Below are positions 1 through 9,311 of a stretch of DNA of 64,000 nt, piece after piece; the stretch's first letter is position 1, and every line of letters begins with the position of its first letter. Below the pieces are notes generated by a model, which was not told the origin of the DNA, ran no database searches, and was given only the letters and a program-made list of their open reading frames with translations. The position numbers and the translations under genes are program-made. Origin of the DNA: Methanobacteriota archaeon (GTDB taxonomy: Archaea; Undinarchaeota; Undinarchaeia; Undinarchaeales; Undinarchaeaceae); NCBI GenBank assembly GCA_002687935.1, contig NZBN01000007.1:5030-69029 (forward strand), read 5' to 3'.

Positions 1-1
1 C

Positions 2-730
2 AAAACATTTTTCTTCGATTTCTCTAAAAAAGCGAAGCCAGGCCAGTTTATCATGCTCTGGATTCCTGGAAGGGAAGAAGTTCCGATGAGCGTTTCCTAT
101 TCTGACGGAAAAAGACTCGCCATAAGTGCCTTTGCTGTCGGCGAAAGCACTGAAAAGTTGCATGCTCTCCAAGTTGGTGATTTAGTCGGCATCCGCGGAC
201 CTCTTGGAAATCCCTGGAAACTTTCAGGTAAGAAAATAGCAGTCGTCGCAGGCGGTTATGGAAGCGCCCCCCTTGCCTTTTTTGCAGAAGAGCTCGGAAA
301 TGATATTGAAATAAGCGCCTTCCTTGGCGCAAGGACTAAGGACCTACTACTCTTCGAAGAAAGGTTGAAGAAGGCTTGTAAAAAAGTAATTTGCACCACA
401 GACGACGGTTCTTACGGAGAAAAAGGGCTCGTCACAGAGCCACTGGAAAAACTCCTTCAGAAAAAGGAATTTGATACAGTCTATGTCTGCGGTCCAGAAG
501 GTCTCGAAAAATCTGTTTTTGACCTCTGCGAAAAATACGACATAGCAATGCAGGCGAGCCTTGAAAGAATTTTCAAATGCGGTCTTGGTATTTGCGGAGC
601 ATGTGTCGCAGGAAAATACAGAATATGCACTGACGGTCCTGTTCTGGACAGAGAACAATTAAGAGGAATTGAAGATTTCGGAAAATTCAGCAGAGACAAG
701 GCAGGGAGGAAGAAAAAATATGGCAGTTGA
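2..730 (+). CDS. pyrK: Dihydroorotate dehydrogenase electron-transfer subunit PyrK. The open frame continues to the window start, so the N-terminus is missing.
   Basis: C-terminal CGLGICGACV 2Fe-2S motif and FAD/NAD-binding-like region. The frame is open upstream of the ATG at 53. Confidence 0.8.
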   Translation, partial: KTFFFDFSKKAKPGQFIMLWIPGREEVPMSVSYSDGKRLAISAFAVGESTEKLHALQVGDLVGIRGPLGNPWKLSGKKIAVVAGGYGSAPLAFFAEELGNDIEISAFLGARTKDLLLFEERLKKACKKVICTTDDGSYGEKGLVTEPLEKLLQKKEFDTVYVCGPEGLEKSVFDLCEKYDIAMQASLERIFKCGLGICGACVAGKYRICTDGPVLDREQLRGIEDFGKFSRDKAGRKKKYGS

Positions 731-1997
731 TTTTGTTCTTGAGAATTGTAAGATAGCAAAACCCAATGGAATCATTGAAGCGAGTATTGCAATAAATAAT
801 GGAAGAATACAAAAAATCGCCCTCAGTGATGCAATGCCGAAGGCAGAGAAAACAATTAATCTGTCTGAAAAAATAGTCCTGCCTGGTGCTATTGATCCCC
901 ATGTTCATTTCAGAGAGCCGGGTCTGACTGAAAAAGAAGATTTTGAAACAGGCTCACTCTCAGCCCTTTTTGGAGGAGTCACAACTGTTCTTGACATGCC
1001 GAATACTAAACCATTTACTGGAAGTATGCAGGACTTTGAAAATAAAAAAGCCCTTGCCGAGGAAAAATCCTATATTGATTTCAGCCTCTATTTCGGAGCG
1101 ATGGACGGTAATATCTGGGAGATGAAGAAGGCAAATCCAATAGGCTACAAATTTTATCTTGACCACCCTAATATTGTAGGATATTCTGGTCTCAAAGCAG
1201 CAGCGTCTTCCCTTGAAAACAAAATTTTTGCAGTCCATGCAGAGGACCCGGATATTATGCATGCGAATTTAAAGAAGAATTCTGCTGCGGACCCCAAAAG
1301 CCATGGAAAAATAAGAACTGCAGAGGCTGAAAACGAATCCGTCAAAGCAATATTGAATATAGAGATGGGGAGCAACAAATTATATTTCTGCCATCTTTCG
1401 ACTCCCTCTGCTGTAAAGACAGTCCACGAAGCAGGACATTTCACTGAACTCATAATTCCTCATCTCTTCCTGAGCCGAGAGAATTCAGCCGAGCTCGGAA
1501 ACTTCGCAAGAATTAATCCCAGTCTGAAAACAGAGGAAGACAGACTTGGTCTCTGGAAATCACTTTCCCTCGTCAGCACTCTCGCTACCGATCACGCTCC
1601 TCATCTTATTTCTGAAAAAGAAAGCACAAGCCCTCCTTCAGGAATGCCTGGAGTAGAGACATTCCTTCCACTTCTCATCGATTCAGTAAATAAAGGACTT
1701 CTTGACTGGACTGACATAGCAAGACTCTGCTCGGCAGGAGCTTCAAATATTTTTGGACTTGTAAATAAGGGAATAATTGAAGAAGGAAAGGACGCTGATT
1801 TAGTCATTGTTGACAGAAAAAAATCCTGGGAACTAAAAACCAGCAAATTACACTCAAAGTGCGGCTGGACGCCCTTCGAAGGAAGAAAACTAAATGGTAA
1901 AATTGACTCGGTGTTCTTCGGAGGAAAGCTTGCAATAGATAAAGGGAAACTTCTTACCAAGCCGGGTCAGGGGAAATACATTGTACCCGAAAGATAA
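720..1997 (+). CDS. pyrC: Dihydroorotase (amidohydrolase family).
   Basis: DPHVHFREPG metal-binding motif and an ATDHAPH motif. Start chosen at ATG 720 (MAVDF), overlapping the pyrK stop by 11 nt. Confidence 0.75.
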   Translation: MAVDFVLENCKIAKPNGIIEASIAINNGRIQKIALSDAMPKAEKTINLSEKIVLPGAIDPHVHFREPGLTEKEDFETGSLSALFGGVTTVLDMPNTKPFTGSMQDFENKKALAEEKSYIDFSLYFGAMDGNIWEMKKANPIGYKFYLDHPNIVGYSGLKAAASSLENKIFAVHAEDPDIMHANLKKNSAADPKSHGKIRTAEAENESVKAILNIEMGSNKLYFCHLSTPSAVKTVHEAGHFTELIIPHLFLSRENSAELGNFARINPSLKTEEDRLGLWKSLSLVSTLATDHAPHLISEKESTSPPSGMPGVETFLPLLIDSVNKGLLDWTDIARLCSAGASNIFGLVNKGIIEEGKDADLVIVDRKKSWELKTSKLHSKCGWTPFEGRKLNGKIDSVFFGGKLAIDKGKLLTKPGQGKYIVPER

Positions 1998-2021
1998 AAA
2001 GGGAGAAGTACAAGGGATATT

Positions 2022-2918
2022 ATGGATGTAGTCATTGCATGCTCAAAGGCTCAGGTTCTCGGGCAGAGAATAGCCAAGCAGTTTGGTGCGGAACTTGTTG
2101 AGTACGAGACACGAAAGTTCTCAGACGGAGAAGTTTACGCCAGAGTCCTGGGAAATGTCAACAATAAAGAGGTACTAATAGTTCAGGCGGGCTATCCTGA
2201 GCCAAACGATGCTATTATTGAACTCTTTCTCGTTATAGATTCCTGCAGAAGCCTTAATTCTCGCAGAATTCGCGTAGTGATGCCTTACTTCCCATATGCT
2301 CGCCAAGATAAACGTTTCAACAGAGGGGAATCTCTTAGTCTTCACGTTATAGCAGAGCTTTTGAAGTCTATGGGCGTTTCTCTCGTTGTAACTGCGGATG
2401 CACATTTCAAAGAAGAATATGGTCCCTACGACTTTTTTGGGATAAAGGCTTACAATATCAGCGGAGGAACAGTGCTTGCAGAACATATTAAAGAAAAGTT
2501 CAAACTGAAGGACTTCGTCGTCGTATCTCCTGACCTTGGTTCACGCGGAATGATTGCTGAAGCCGCAAAAAATGTTGGTGCTGATACAATGAAGATAAAC
2601 AAGAAGAGGAAAAGTGAGACAGAAGTTGAAATGACTGCAAAAGACCTCGATGTAAAAGGAAAAGATGTTCTGATTATAGATGATATAATAAGCACGGGCG
2701 GAACTATGCTGAAGGCAATTGAGCTTATGAAAAAAGCCGGCGCAAACAGGGTTTTCGCAGGAGCAACACACGGCATATTCTCAAAAGATTCTTTCAAAAA
2801 ACTTGAAAAAGCAACAACTTGCCTTGTCACCACTGATTCAATTCAGACAGGAGTTATGGAAGTTACTCTCGCCGGCGAGATTATGAAGGTAATTGAAGAC
2901 AGTAAGGTATATTTCTGA
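2022..2918 (+). CDS. prs: Ribose-phosphate pyrophosphokinase (PRPP synthetase).
   Basis: PRPP-binding loop VLIIDDIISTGGTM. Length and layout match archaeal class III Prs. Confidence 0.85.
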   Translation: MDVVIACSKAQVLGQRIAKQFGAELVEYETRKFSDGEVYARVLGNVNNKEVLIVQAGYPEPNDAIIELFLVIDSCRSLNSRRIRVVMPYFPYARQDKRFNRGESLSLHVIAELLKSMGVSLVVTADAHFKEEYGPYDFFGIKAYNISGGTVLAEHIKEKFKLKDFVVVSPDLGSRGMIAEAAKNVGADTMKINKKRKSETEVEMTAKDLDVKGKDVLIIDDIISTGGTMLKAIELMKKAGANRVFAGATHGIFSKDSFKKLEKATTCLVTTDSIQTGVMEVTLAGEIMKVIEDSKVYF

Positions 2919-3571
2919 TGGATTCCGAGGAAAAGAAAAAACTTGTTGCTGAGGAAGCTTCAAAACTTGTCGAGAACGGACAAACAATCGGTCTCGGAAC
3001 TGGAAGTACATCCTCTTATTTTATCAAAGCTCTTGCCACGAGAAATTTGGACATAAAATGTGTTTCAAGCTCAAAAAGAAGCACTGAACTGGCAGAAAGT
3101 CTCGGTCTTAAAACTCTTGAACCTGAGAATGCTGGAAAAATAGACCTTTATGTTGACGGAGCTGATGAGGTCTCAAAAGATTTAGATTTGATAAAGGGTG
3201 GAGGAGGTGCTCACACTCTTGAAAAGAGGCTGGCGTACCGAGCAGAGAGATTTATTGTTATTGTAGATGAGGGCAAACTTACTCATCTTCTGGGGGACTT
3301 CCCGCTTCCGGTTGAACTTAGAGAAGAATCTTTAAATGAAGGAAAAAAAGCACTCGAGGCACTGGGAGCAAAGGTTACACTACGAGAAAATTTCAAGACT
3401 GATCTTGGAAATCTTATTCTGGATTGCAAATTCAGCGCAATTCTCAAACCAGCCGAGCTCGAGAGAATTATAAACAATATTGACGGCGTTGTTGATAATG
3501 GAATATTTTCAAAGGAGAAGGTAAGTGAAGTCCTCGTCGGAACTGACGAAGGAATCAGGCATCTTTCTTAG
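2918..3571 (+). CDS. rpiA: Ribose-5-phosphate isomerase A.
   Basis: GLGTGST, DGADEV and KGGGGAH motifs. Start overlaps the prs stop. Confidence 0.85.
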   Translation: MDSEEKKKLVAEEASKLVENGQTIGLGTGSTSSYFIKALATRNLDIKCVSSSKRSTELAESLGLKTLEPENAGKIDLYVDGADEVSKDLDLIKGGGGAHTLEKRLAYRAERFIVIVDEGKLTHLLGDFPLPVELREESLNEGKKALEALGAKVTLRENFKTDLGNLILDCKFSAILKPAELERIINNIDGVVDNGIFSKEKVSEVLVGTDEGIRHLS

Positions 3572-5636
3572 TTTTCTTCTTATCCTTCCCCCACTCTTCC
3601 TTTGATTTGCAGGCTGGGTCTATACACATAGAGAATTTTCTTTTCCCACTTCTGACAACTTCTATCATCGGAAGTCCGTCGTGTTCGCATTCCTTCTTCA
3701 TAGGAACAATAAGTGCTCCTTGGGGAAGTGGATAGGAGTTAGTACAGTCAGGATAACCACTGCAGCCAATAAATTGCTTTCCAGTAGCTCGTGAACGCCT
3801 GATTATAAGGTCATTTTTGCACAACTTACAGACACTGATAGTTCTCTCCTCTTTTAGAGTTTTAACATATTTTTCCGCAAGTTCTTCTCCGATTTCCTTT
3901 ATGTGCTCTTTAAAGCGGAGAATTACAGTCTTCAGAGTTCCTCGTGCCTCTTCCAGAACTTCTTCACTATTTCCCTCCCCTGCCTTTATCGATTCAACAT
4001 AGGCTTCGAACTTTCTTGTAAGCTCCTCAGATGTAAGCTCCGGTGCATGCTCGGAAAGAACGCTGACAACCGTTAAGCCAAGCTCAGTAACCTCTATTTT
4101 CTGATTGTGGATGTATTTTCTGTCATAAAGCGTCTGAAGTATAGATGCGCGAGTCGCCTTTGTTCCTATTCCAATAGTCTCCATTTTCTTGACTATTGTC
4201 GCCTGTGAATATCTGGCAGGAGGCTTAGTTTTTTTCGCAGTCTTACTTAGTTTCTCCACTTCTTCTTCAGAAGCTTCTTCAAACGGTGGAAGTTCCTCTT
4301 CCTTCTTCGAATAATATTTTCCGTAAATTCCTATCCATTGCTTGTCAAGAGTTATTGCACCGCGAGCAAAGAAAGGCTCACCTGCTATTGAAAAAGATAC
4401 TGTCTGGCTCTGCCTTGTTGCAGTTTCTCCAAATGATGCAAGGAAACGCCTTGCAATCAAATCAAAGATTCTTGCCTCCTCATCATTGAGCTTTTTCGGA
4501 ACTTCTCCAGTCGGATATATACAGGGGTGAGCTGGGTCAGTTTTCTTTCCCTCATTTGCTTTTAGCTCCGGTTTTTTCAGGAGTTCCTCTGCTATTTTTT
4601 TATATGCTGTTATTTTTGTCAGAGCCTTTACCATTTCCTTCGCTTCAATTCCAGCCGGAAGCTTCTGTGAGCCTGTTCTTGGATAAGAGATAAGTCCTTG
4701 GTCATAAAGACTCTGCGAAAATCTCTGTGTCTTTTTTGGAGAATATTTGAAAGCCCTGTAAGATTCACTCTGCAGGGTACTGAGGTTAAAAGGCGCAGGA
4801 GCTTCCTCCTTAATAGTGCGTTTCTCAATTTTTTCCACTATTGCAGACTTTTCATTACACTTCTCATAAGTCTCAGAGGCTTTCTCTTTACCAAAGAAGC
4901 GTTCCTCTCTGTGCATTATTTTTAATCCATTTTCAAGAAGGGCGCTTATTTCCCAGTAAGGTTCTGGGACAAAGTCCGCAATTTCCTTCTCTCTGTCACT
5001 AAGAACTTTTAAAGTAGGACTCTGCACTCGTCCTGCAGATATTGGGCGGTATCCCCCCACTGCCTTGCTGTAAGCAGCTGAAAGTGCCCGAGAAGTATTA
5101 ATTCCCCAGTACCAGTCCAGGAAGTGACGAGTTATACCAGCTTCCACCATTTCAGTATCTAACTCATGCTGATTCTTGTAGGCCTTTTCTATTTCAGTTT
5201 CAGTAAGGGCAGAAAATTTCATTCTGTGAGTATTTTCAAGAGCTTTTTTCTTCCCAAGTTCGTGAATTATATTGTATCCGATAAGAGAGCCCTCTATATC
5301 GTAGTCGCATGCATTTATGAATTCATTTGCATTTTTTGCAAGTTTTTTGAGGCTTGTAAGATATGGTTTAGAAAAAGCTGAAGATTTTGAAACTCCGTGG
5401 GAGGGAACCCATTCAATTTCAAATATTGGGTAACCTCTTTGTCCTTCCTTCGGTCTGAGTGTATAAAGATGACCGACAGCAGGCGCGACAATTATATCCT
5501 TTCCGTCTTTTGTGAAAACATAGTATTTAGCCTTCCCGGCTTTTTCCTCTACTGCAGTTCCACCTGAAAGAAATTCAGCTATCCGCTGGCTAACCTTCGG
5601 CTTCTCCGTAACTACAAGTGTATATCCTTTTTCCAT
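3555..5636 (-). CDS. topA: DNA topoisomerase I (type IA) with C-terminal zinc-ribbon repeats.
   Basis: Toprim N-terminus, a catalytic Tyr region (SYPRTGS-like), and a C-terminal CxxC...CxxC array. Confidence 0.85.
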   Translation of the reverse strand: MEKGYTLVVTEKPKVSQRIAEFLSGGTAVEEKAGKAKYYVFTKDGKDIIVAPAVGHLYTLRPKEGQRGYPIFEIEWVPSHGVSKSSAFSKPYLTSLKKLAKNANEFINACDYDIEGSLIGYNIIHELGKKKALENTHRMKFSALTETEIEKAYKNQHELDTEMVEAGITRHFLDWYWGINTSRALSAAYSKAVGGYRPISAGRVQSPTLKVLSDREKEIADFVPEPYWEISALLENGLKIMHREERFFGKEKASETYEKCNEKSAIVEKIEKRTIKEEAPAPFNLSTLQSESYRAFKYSPKKTQRFSQSLYDQGLISYPRTGSQKLPAGIEAKEMVKALTKITAYKKIAEELLKKPELKANEGKKTDPAHPCIYPTGEVPKKLNDEEARIFDLIARRFLASFGETATRQSQTVSFSIAGEPFFARGAITLDKQWIGIYGKYYSKKEEELPPFEEASEEEVEKLSKTAKKTKPPARYSQATIVKKMETIGIGTKATRASILQTLYDRKYIHNQKIEVTELGLTVVSVLSEHAPELTSEELTRKFEAYVESIKAGEGNSEEVLEEARGTLKTVILRFKEHIKEIGEELAEKYVKTLKEERTISVCKLCKNDLIIRRSRATGKQFIGCSGYPDCTNSYPLPQGALIVPMKKECEHDGLPMIEVVRSGKRKFSMCIDPACKSKEEWGKDKKKTKKDA

Positions 5637-5653
5637 GTTTCCAATGCTCCTAT

Positions 5654-6556
5654 CTAAACTAGGTCTTTTACTCTCTCAACGAGAAGTTTTCCTATTCTTT
5701 CCTTTGCTTCTACTGTACTGCTTCCCAAGTGAGGTGTAAAAAGAATTCTGTCTCTATAGGAGAGAAGCTTTTCAGAAGCCTTCTTTCCCCAATATACATC
5801 AAGAGCTGCTCTTCCAATCTTACCACTTTCAATAGCAGAGTAGAATGCCTCTTCATCGAGAAGTTCCGCTCTTGCCGCGTTTACTATTAGGACTCCGTCC
5901 TTCATTTGTGAAAATTCATTTTCCCCAAGAAGTTCTTGCGTTTCCTTAGTAAGTGGCGCGTGCAGACTTATTATATCAGAGCTTGAAAGAAGCTCACTAA
6001 GTTCTGAACGCTTTACGGAAGCTTTCTGCATTTCTTCTTCTGGAGAATATGGGTCATAGGCTAAAACCTCCATTCCAAATGCCGAAGCAAGTTCGCTCAC
6101 TATTCTACCAACTCTGCCAAATCCTATTATTCCAAGTGTCTTTCCGGACAGCTCTATTCCGCTAAGACTGCCTTTCTCCCACTTTCCAGCCTTCGTAGAG
6201 GCATTTGCAGAGCAAATATTTCTGGAAAGATTTAACATAAGTCCCATTGTCAGCTCTGCAACACTCTGTGTCGGAGCTTCAGGAGTATTAAGAACCTTAA
6301 TTCCATTTTCCTTTGCAGCTTCCATGTCGATATTGTCCAGACCGACACCTGCACGAATAACTGCCTTAAGATTTTTTGCGGATGAAATAAGTTCTGATGT
6401 AACCTTTGTCCGGCTTCTCACTACAAGGATTTCAACATCAGCAATTTTTTCAAGAAGTTCTTCCGGACTAATAGCCGGAGCAAGTTCCAGCTCTCCCATT
6501 TCCCCAATTTCCTTTGCGGCTTCTTTGCTTATTGGATCTGTTATAAGTATTTTCAA
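5654..6556 (-). CDS. D-isomer-specific 2-hydroxyacid dehydrogenase (phosphoglycerate dehydrogenase-like, no ACT domain).
   Basis: GxGxxG Rossmann motif (GIIGFGRVG) and a catalytic His region (FTPHLGSST). Its start overlaps the stop of the adjacent class V aminotransferase. Confidence 0.75.
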   Translation of the reverse strand: MKILITDPISKEAAKEIGEMGELELAPAISPEELLEKIADVEILVVRSRTKVTSELISSAKNLKAVIRAGVGLDNIDMEAAKENGIKVLNTPEAPTQSVAELTMGLMLNLSRNICSANASTKAGKWEKGSLSGIELSGKTLGIIGFGRVGRIVSELASAFGMEVLAYDPYSPEEEMQKASVKRSELSELLSSSDIISLHAPLTKETQELLGENEFSQMKDGVLIVNAARAELLDEEAFYSAIESGKIGRAALDVYWGKKASEKLLSYRDRILFTPHLGSSTVEAKERIGKLLVERVKDLV

Positions 6557-7605
6557 GCCTCAACTACCTCCTTAAGTGCTTCAAGCGTTTGCTCAATTTC
6601 TGGTCTTCCTACTGAGCCCATATGACCTATTCTAAACATCTTTCCCTTTTCCGGAGCCTGTGCTCCAGCAACTAAAATTCCCTTTTCTTTCAGAGCAGAA
6701 CGAATATCTTCGGCTCTGTCACTTTTTATTGCTGTAAGAGTTGCTGAGCAGATGTCCTCTGATGCCGGATAGAGCTCAAGTTCCATCTCCTTTACAGCAG
6801 TTCTGGTAAATTCTGCATTTTCTCTGTGCCTCTGAATTCTTTTGTCAAGTCCCTCTTCCTCAATTATGAAAAGAGCTTCCTGAAGACCGAATATTAGAGA
6901 TATTGGTGCTGTGAATGGCGTTTGCGGATATTTTGAGCGGTATTTATTGAGGTCAGTAAGATAATTCTGTTCCTTACTCTCTATTACAGGCCAGGCTTTG
7001 TCAGATACTGAAAGAAAACCAATCCCTGGTGGCATTGAAAAACATTTTTGAGAGCCGGCTATACAGAGGTCAATGTTCCAATTATCTGTTTCCACATTGT
7101 CGCCTGCCATACTTGAAATTGTGTCGCAAATAAAAAGAGCATTTGTTTCCTTTACAAGTTTTCCAAGAGCTTCCACGTCTGCTCTGACTCCTGTCGATGT
7201 TTCATTATGGACCATAGTCACGGCTTTTACATCATCACTAAGGGCTTCTTCTATCTTCCCAATATCAGGAGCTTTCCCCCAGTCAAATTGAAGAGTTTCA
7301 ACATCTGCGCCTACTGAGACTGCTATATCTCGTAGTCTTTCCGAGAACTTTCCGAAAACAATAGAGAGGACTTTATCTCCCTTTGATACAGTATTTCCAA
7401 GAGCTGCGCACATTGCTGTCGTTCCTGAACCTGACATAGTATAAACTGTATCGTCTGTTTTGAAAACTTTCTTCAACCTGCTTCCGCAGTCATCAAGTAT
7501 TTCAGTAAATTCTGGCGTCCTATGGTGAACAATGGGGTGTGCTAATGCAGTTCGTATACGCTCTGGAACCTCAGTTGGTCCTGGTGTCATAAGTAGTTGA
7601 ACCAT
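6553..7605 (-). CDS. Class V aminotransferase (serine-pyruvate / phosphoserine aminotransferase-like).
   Basis: PLP-fold class V signature with the Lys in SQKCFSMPPG. Confidence 0.75.
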   Translation of the reverse strand: MVQLLMTPGPTEVPERIRTALAHPIVHHRTPEFTEILDDCGSRLKKVFKTDDTVYTMSGSGTTAMCAALGNTVSKGDKVLSIVFGKFSERLRDIAVSVGADVETLQFDWGKAPDIGKIEEALSDDVKAVTMVHNETSTGVRADVEALGKLVKETNALFICDTISSMAGDNVETDNWNIDLCIAGSQKCFSMPPGIGFLSVSDKAWPVIESKEQNYLTDLNKYRSKYPQTPFTAPISLIFGLQEALFIIEEEGLDKRIQRHRENAEFTRTAVKEMELELYPASEDICSATLTAIKSDRAEDIRSALKEKGILVAGAQAPEKGKMFRIGHMGSVGRPEIEQTLEALKEVVEA

Positions 7606-7667
7606 AGTGCCTTAAGAAGCTATTCAGAACCCTTTATGTAGTTTTCGATAGTCTCAAAAATATTTCA

Positions 7668-8408
7668 TCAATGCGCAAGAATGAGCATGATGCCTATTCC
7701 TGCCAAAAAGGCCAGGAACTGAAGAATAGATTTTCTCAATTTAGTTTCTTTGTGCATTTCAGGTATCAAATCTGCTGCTGCTATATAGATAAAATTTCCG
7801 ACTGCGAATGGTATCAATATTCCCTCAAGTGACGGGGTAGTGCTCCCAATAACCAGTACTATTACCGTTCCCAGAAGGGCTGTAAGAGCTGAAGCAAAGT
7901 TGTAGAAAAGAGCTCTTGCTCTCGAAAGCCCGCTGTGGATAAGTATAGAAAAGTCCCCAATCTCCTGTGGTATTTCGTGGAATATTATTGATATTGTAGT
8001 TGCTATTCCTACAGGAATGCTTGTAAGATATACAGCTCCAATAACCATACCATCTATAAAATTATGTACTCCGTCTCCAATCAGAATCAAATAAGATATT
8101 GGGTGTATGTGACTTTCACCTGTTTTGTGCATATGCTTCCAGTGGACAATTTTTTCTATTACAAATGCAGTCAAAAGTCCTGCAAGGATGTAAAGGGATA
8201 TTTCAAGTCCGAATCCACTTGTCTGGACAATCTCAGGAATTAGATGCAGGAAAACATTCCCCAGTATCGCACCTGTTGCAAAACTTACCAAATACAGAAG
8301 ATTATTTTCAAGAAGATTTTTTCTTGATGAAAGTATGAACACTCCTACAAGGGAAACGAGGCTAACTATTAGAACGCTAATAATTGCGTAAATCCATGAA
8401 ATTTCCAT
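7668..8408 (-). CDS. zupT: ZIP family metal (Zn/Fe) transporter.
   Basis: Multi-TM protein with the HEIPQEIGDF ZIP signature. Start trimmed to ATG 8408 (MEISWIY) because the longer Cys-rich N-terminal extension overlaps the upstream gene in another frame. Confidence 0.7.
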   Translation of the reverse strand: MEISWIYAIISVLIVSLVSLVGVFILSSRKNLLENNLLYLVSFATGAILGNVFLHLIPEIVQTSGFGLEISLYILAGLLTAFVIEKIVHWKHMHKTGESHIHPISYLILIGDGVHNFIDGMVIGAVYLTSIPVGIATTISIIFHEIPQEIGDFSILIHSGLSRARALFYNFASALTALLGTVIVLVIGSTTPSLEGILIPFAVGNFIYIAAADLIPEMHKETKLRKSILQFLAFLAGIGIMLILAH

Positions 8409-8443
8409 AGTAATTAAATGACAAAATCCCCTTTTATATATTT

Positions 8444-9307
8444 CTAATTGAGGATTATTATTATTGCTCCTGCAAGCATTATGAGAGTCCCTAACAATCT
8501 CCTTCCAATATTCTTTTCTCGGAATACGACCCCTCCAAATATTACCGCAAAGAGAACTGCGAGTCTCTTCATAGATACTACATAAGGAACTATTTCTAAG
8601 GTCATCGCAGCATTTATGAAAACAGCAGTAAGTGAAAGCACAATTCCTGTGGTCAATATCCACTTCCAAAGCTTTTTGTAACTTCCCACAAGCTTCCTTC
8701 TCCCTGTCTTTGAATAAATTAGAAAGGGTACTGCAGTTATTAGGAATATACCTGCTGAAGAAAGCATAGGGTCTGAATTAAGAACTGCAATTTTATTATA
8801 ATTCGCTGCGATACTGAAGATAAATGCAACTCCCAACATATCCAATACTCCTTTATTACTCAGAATTTGTTGTATGGGATAAAGAAGTCCCTTGTGGTCT
8901 GTAGACATATTAATCACATAAGAGCCTGATACAATCAGAACTATTCCTCCCATTCCGACATAACTTGGAAACTCTCCCAATATCAGGAAGGAAGTAGCTA
9001 TCAGAAAGAGGGGGCTGAATGACAGCATCGGCAAAGAGAGCGATATATCTGTCGTTTTCAGAGTCCTGAAATAGAGGGCAACTGCAAACGTATTGAGAAT
9101 CCCTGTTACAATAATTGAGGAATAGAATTGCCCTCCAATCACGGGAAGTCCGCTGACAAATGAAGAGATAAAGAGTATTACAGAACCTGAGAGAAAAATT
9201 CCGCCTGCCAAAACTTGAAGGTCCTCCTTTTTTACAAGCTTTTTTATTAGAGTATAGTAAATCGCTTCAAAAAATGCTGAAAATATCGCCAGTAGGTACC
9301 AGTACAT
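8444..9307 (-). CDS. EamA/DMT-superfamily permease (10 predicted TM segments).
   Basis: Duplicated 5-TM EamA-like hydrophobic pattern. Confidence 0.6.
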   Translation of the reverse strand: MYWYLLAIFSAFFEAIYYTLIKKLVKKEDLQVLAGGIFLSGSVILFISSFVSGLPVIGGQFYSSIIVTGILNTFAVALYFRTLKTTDISLSLPMLSFSPLFLIATSFLILGEFPSYVGMGGIVLIVSGSYVINMSTDHKGLLYPIQQILSNKGVLDMLGVAFIFSIAANYNKIAVLNSDPMLSSAGIFLITAVPFLIYSKTGRRKLVGSYKKLWKWILTTGIVLSLTAVFINAAMTLEIVPYVVSMKRLAVLFAVIFGGVVFREKNIGRRLLGTLIMLAGAIIIILN

Positions 9308-9311
9308 TCAA

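Noticed and set aside
8409-8669. Cys-rich 87-aa N-terminal extension of ORF 7668-8669 (MEVDIDHRNCAFTYCCFHKCC...).
   Set aside because: It overlaps the 3' end of the upstream DMT permease gene (8444-9307) on the same strand in another frame. The ZIP transporter homology begins only at M88, so the gene start was trimmed to 8408.
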